Program-made: the position numbers and the translations under genes
Notes under the pieces: model-generated
Databases searched by the model: none
What the model was told of the DNA's origin: nothing
The model's input: the letters and a program-made list of their open reading frames with translations, nothing else
Source: an uncultured Xanthomonas sp.
GTDB lineage: Bacteria > Pseudomonadota > Gammaproteobacteria > Xanthomonadales > Xanthomonadaceae
Direction of reading: 5' to 3'
NCBI GenBank assembly: GCA_964523435.1
Contig: CAZGBA010000004.1
Coordinates: 28,589-92,588 of the forward strand
Length of the DNA stretch: 64,000 nucleotides
Shown: one piece after another, positions 62,196-64,000 of the stretch
Layout: each line of letters opens with the position of its first letter
How positions within the stretch are numbered: the first letter of the stretch is position 1

Positions 62196-63512
62196 TCAGC
62201 GGTTTCGGTAGATGACGGTCAGGCCGATGACGTTCTGGTCCGCACTTTGGCCGGCGGTGCTGCTGTGGCGTTCGTAACGGGCGATCGAGAACGTGCTGCT
62301 CCAGTGTTTCGCCCAGTCGTAGCGGATATTGCCGGCATAGCGACGCGTTTCGTCCTGTCGCCCCAGGTTTACGTAATCGATATGGACCAGCGAACCGGTG
62401 ACGCCGAGTCTGATGTTGCGCCGCGCGCGCCAGCTCGCCTCGACCCCGGTGCCGTAATCGTTCTGATCGAACGTGCCGATGTCCTCGTACCGGCGCCGGC
62501 CGACATACGGCGTGATGCCGAACGCCCAGCGCGTCGCGGTGAAGCCGTAATCGACTTCGATCTGGCGTTGCTGATAGGGAGAAGCGTTGACCACCGCTTC
62601 GCCGGTGACGATCTCCGTGGGCAGTTCGGTGCCTTCGCCGAGCGTGGCCAGACTGTTGGCGGCGATATCGGAGAACTCGCTGCTGAAGCGCATGCCGATC
62701 TCATGGCTTGCGTTGGGTTGCCAGCCCAATTCCACGCGCAGCAGGGGGTCGGAGCGCGTCTTGGCGAAATCGGGCAGGTCGCGCCGGTAGTCGAGTCGCG
62801 AATAGCCCAGATCGACCGCGAGATCGAAACGGCTGAGCGTGCGCGAGTAGCGCGCGAACAGGGCCGAACGCGTGTAATCGCGCGCAGTCGCATCGTCGAT
62901 GAAATCGACGCGTTCGGTCTGCACGTTGAACGCCAGGCGGCTGGTGGTGCTGATCGGTTTGATCGCGCGCAGCGCAAGATCGAGACGGTTTGAATTGAAC
63001 TGGTCCGAGATCTCCGCCTCGCTGCGCATGTAGCGCAGCGAGGTCGAGCCGCGCCAGCTCGCGCCCCATTCGAAACTCAGGGTCGGCCCGGCCGACAGCA
63101 CATTGACTTGCTGGCGGTTGCCCGGCGTATCCGGCGCCAGCGTGTCGACCGGTTGCAGCGTGAGACTGTCGACGATGTTGAAGCTGAGTCGCTCCGGGAT
63201 CGCGACCCAGTTCACGCGGCCGGTCAAGCTGCTGTCGAAGGCGTCGCCGAAGCGGTCGTCGCCGTAACGGCGATACTGGGCGCGGCCGTTGATGTGGGCC
63301 TGCAGGGTCGAGGAATCATGGTGAATATCGAAGCTGGCGCCCGGCCGCAGGATCGTCAGCGCGATCGGATCGGTAGGCGTCAGCAGCAGGTTGTCGCTGC
63401 GTTCCGCGGCGAGATCGATGATGTAATCGATACGCAACGCGTAGGCCGTGTGCGGGCTGACCATCAGAGCCGAGGCAGCCAGCAGTCCAAGATGGAGTCG
63501 GTAGCGAAGCAT
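62196..63512 (-). CDS. EPS-export outer-membrane beta-barrel protein
   Basis: Signal peptide, amphipathic beta strands, C-terminal aromatic strand; EPS context. Confidence 0.75.
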   Translation of the reverse strand: MLRYRLHLGLLAASALMVSPHTAYALRIDYIIDLAAERSDNLLLTPTDPIALTILRPGASFDIHHDSSTLQAHINGRAQYRRYGDDRFGDAFDSSLTGRVNWVAIPERLSFNIVDSLTLQPVDTLAPDTPGNRQQVNVLSAGPTLSFEWGASWRGSTSLRYMRSEAEISDQFNSNRLDLALRAIKPISTTSRLAFNVQTERVDFIDDATARDYTRSALFARYSRTLSRFDLAVDLGYSRLDYRRDLPDFAKTRSDPLLRVELGWQPNASHEIGMRFSSEFSDIAANSLATLGEGTELPTEIVTGEAVVNASPYQQRQIEVDYGFTATRWAFGITPYVGRRRYEDIGTFDQNDYGTGVEASWRARRNIRLGVTGSLVHIDYVNLGRQDETRRYAGNIRYDWAKHWSSTFSIARYERHSSTAGQSADQNVIGLTVIYRNR

Positions 63513-63531
63513 GCGACCTCCCGTCATTCCA

Positions 63532-64000
63532 TCATGGGCGCTGGTTGAACACGACGCCAGCGAATTTCTCCGGCGGGAAACTGGCGACGGCCTTGTCGAC
63601 GGCGTCGGGTGCGACTTGACCGTAACCCACCACCAGCACCACCAGATCGGCCAGATCCGACAGGATCCTCGTATCCGGCGACCCGAGCACGGGCGAGCCG
63701 TCGAGGATCAGATGCCGGTTGCTGTGATGCGTGCGCAGCGAATCGATCAGCGCGCGCATCCGCAATGAGCTGAAACTTTCGCCCGGGGTTTCGCGGATCC
63801 GACCGGCCGGGATCAGTTGCAGTCGCGGCACTCCGGTGGGGTAGACGATGTCGCGCATCGCGAGATCGTCGTTTTCCAGATAGTCGATGAGCCCGCCGCG
63901 ATCGGCGGCAACCTGCAGCGCGTCGCTCTGAGCCGGATGGGTTGCATCGCAATCGATCAGCAGCGCCTGTTTGGTATCGTCGAACGCGAACGCCGCCGCC
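63532..64000 (-). CDS. CpsD/CapB-type polysaccharide tyrosine kinase (5' end beyond window)
   Basis: ALLIDCD, LIPAG, LILDGSPVL, ADLVVLVV, GVVFN. Confidence 0.8.
   Translation of the reverse strand, partial: AAAFAFDDTKQALLIDCDATHPAQSDALQVAADRGGLIDYLENDDLAMRDIVYPTGVPRLQLIPAGRIRETPGESFSSLRMRALIDSLRTHHSNRHLILDGSPVLGSPDTRILSDLADLVVLVVGYGQVAPDAVDKAVASFPPEKFAGVVFNQRP

Noticed and set aside
27231-64000. Exosortase or PEP-CTERM substrate genes
   Set aside because: The locus resembles PEP-CTERM-associated EPS clusters, but no exosortase or VPEP-tailed protein is visible in this window.

Overview
High-GC bacterial DNA. Gene content (TIGR03013-type sugar transferase, GTAG-family REPs, many secreted enzymes) suggests a Xanthomonadales/Lysobacter-like organism; this is inference. 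The left ~27 kb is an accessory region. It holds secreted hydrolases (S8 protease, BNR/Asp-box protein, PHB-depolymerase-like esterase, alpha-amylase), small housekeeping genes, a BlaI/BlaR1(M56) pair, and a membrane-anchored Mrr-type nuclease next to a lipoprotein with the same C-terminal motif. From ~27.2 kb to the right edge is a large Wzx/Wzy exopolysaccharide locus: priming transferase, 5 glycosyltransferases, flippase, polymerase, OM barrel, tyrosine kinase and two heparinase-like paralogs. It carries a rich tailoring set (ACP, AMP-ligase, NadE-like, AsnB, GNAT, 2 methyltransferases, 3 deacetylases, acyltransferase, CapK-like ligase). Non-coding highlights are a nested REPIN/MITE/palindrome with an apparent target duplication, two integrase-less islets flanked by duplicated coding sequence, a triple-CTAG operator and leader hairpins. 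No rRNA, tRNA, CRISPR array or transposase was seen. Start codons were chosen by eye and family names come from recognised motifs, not database searches.
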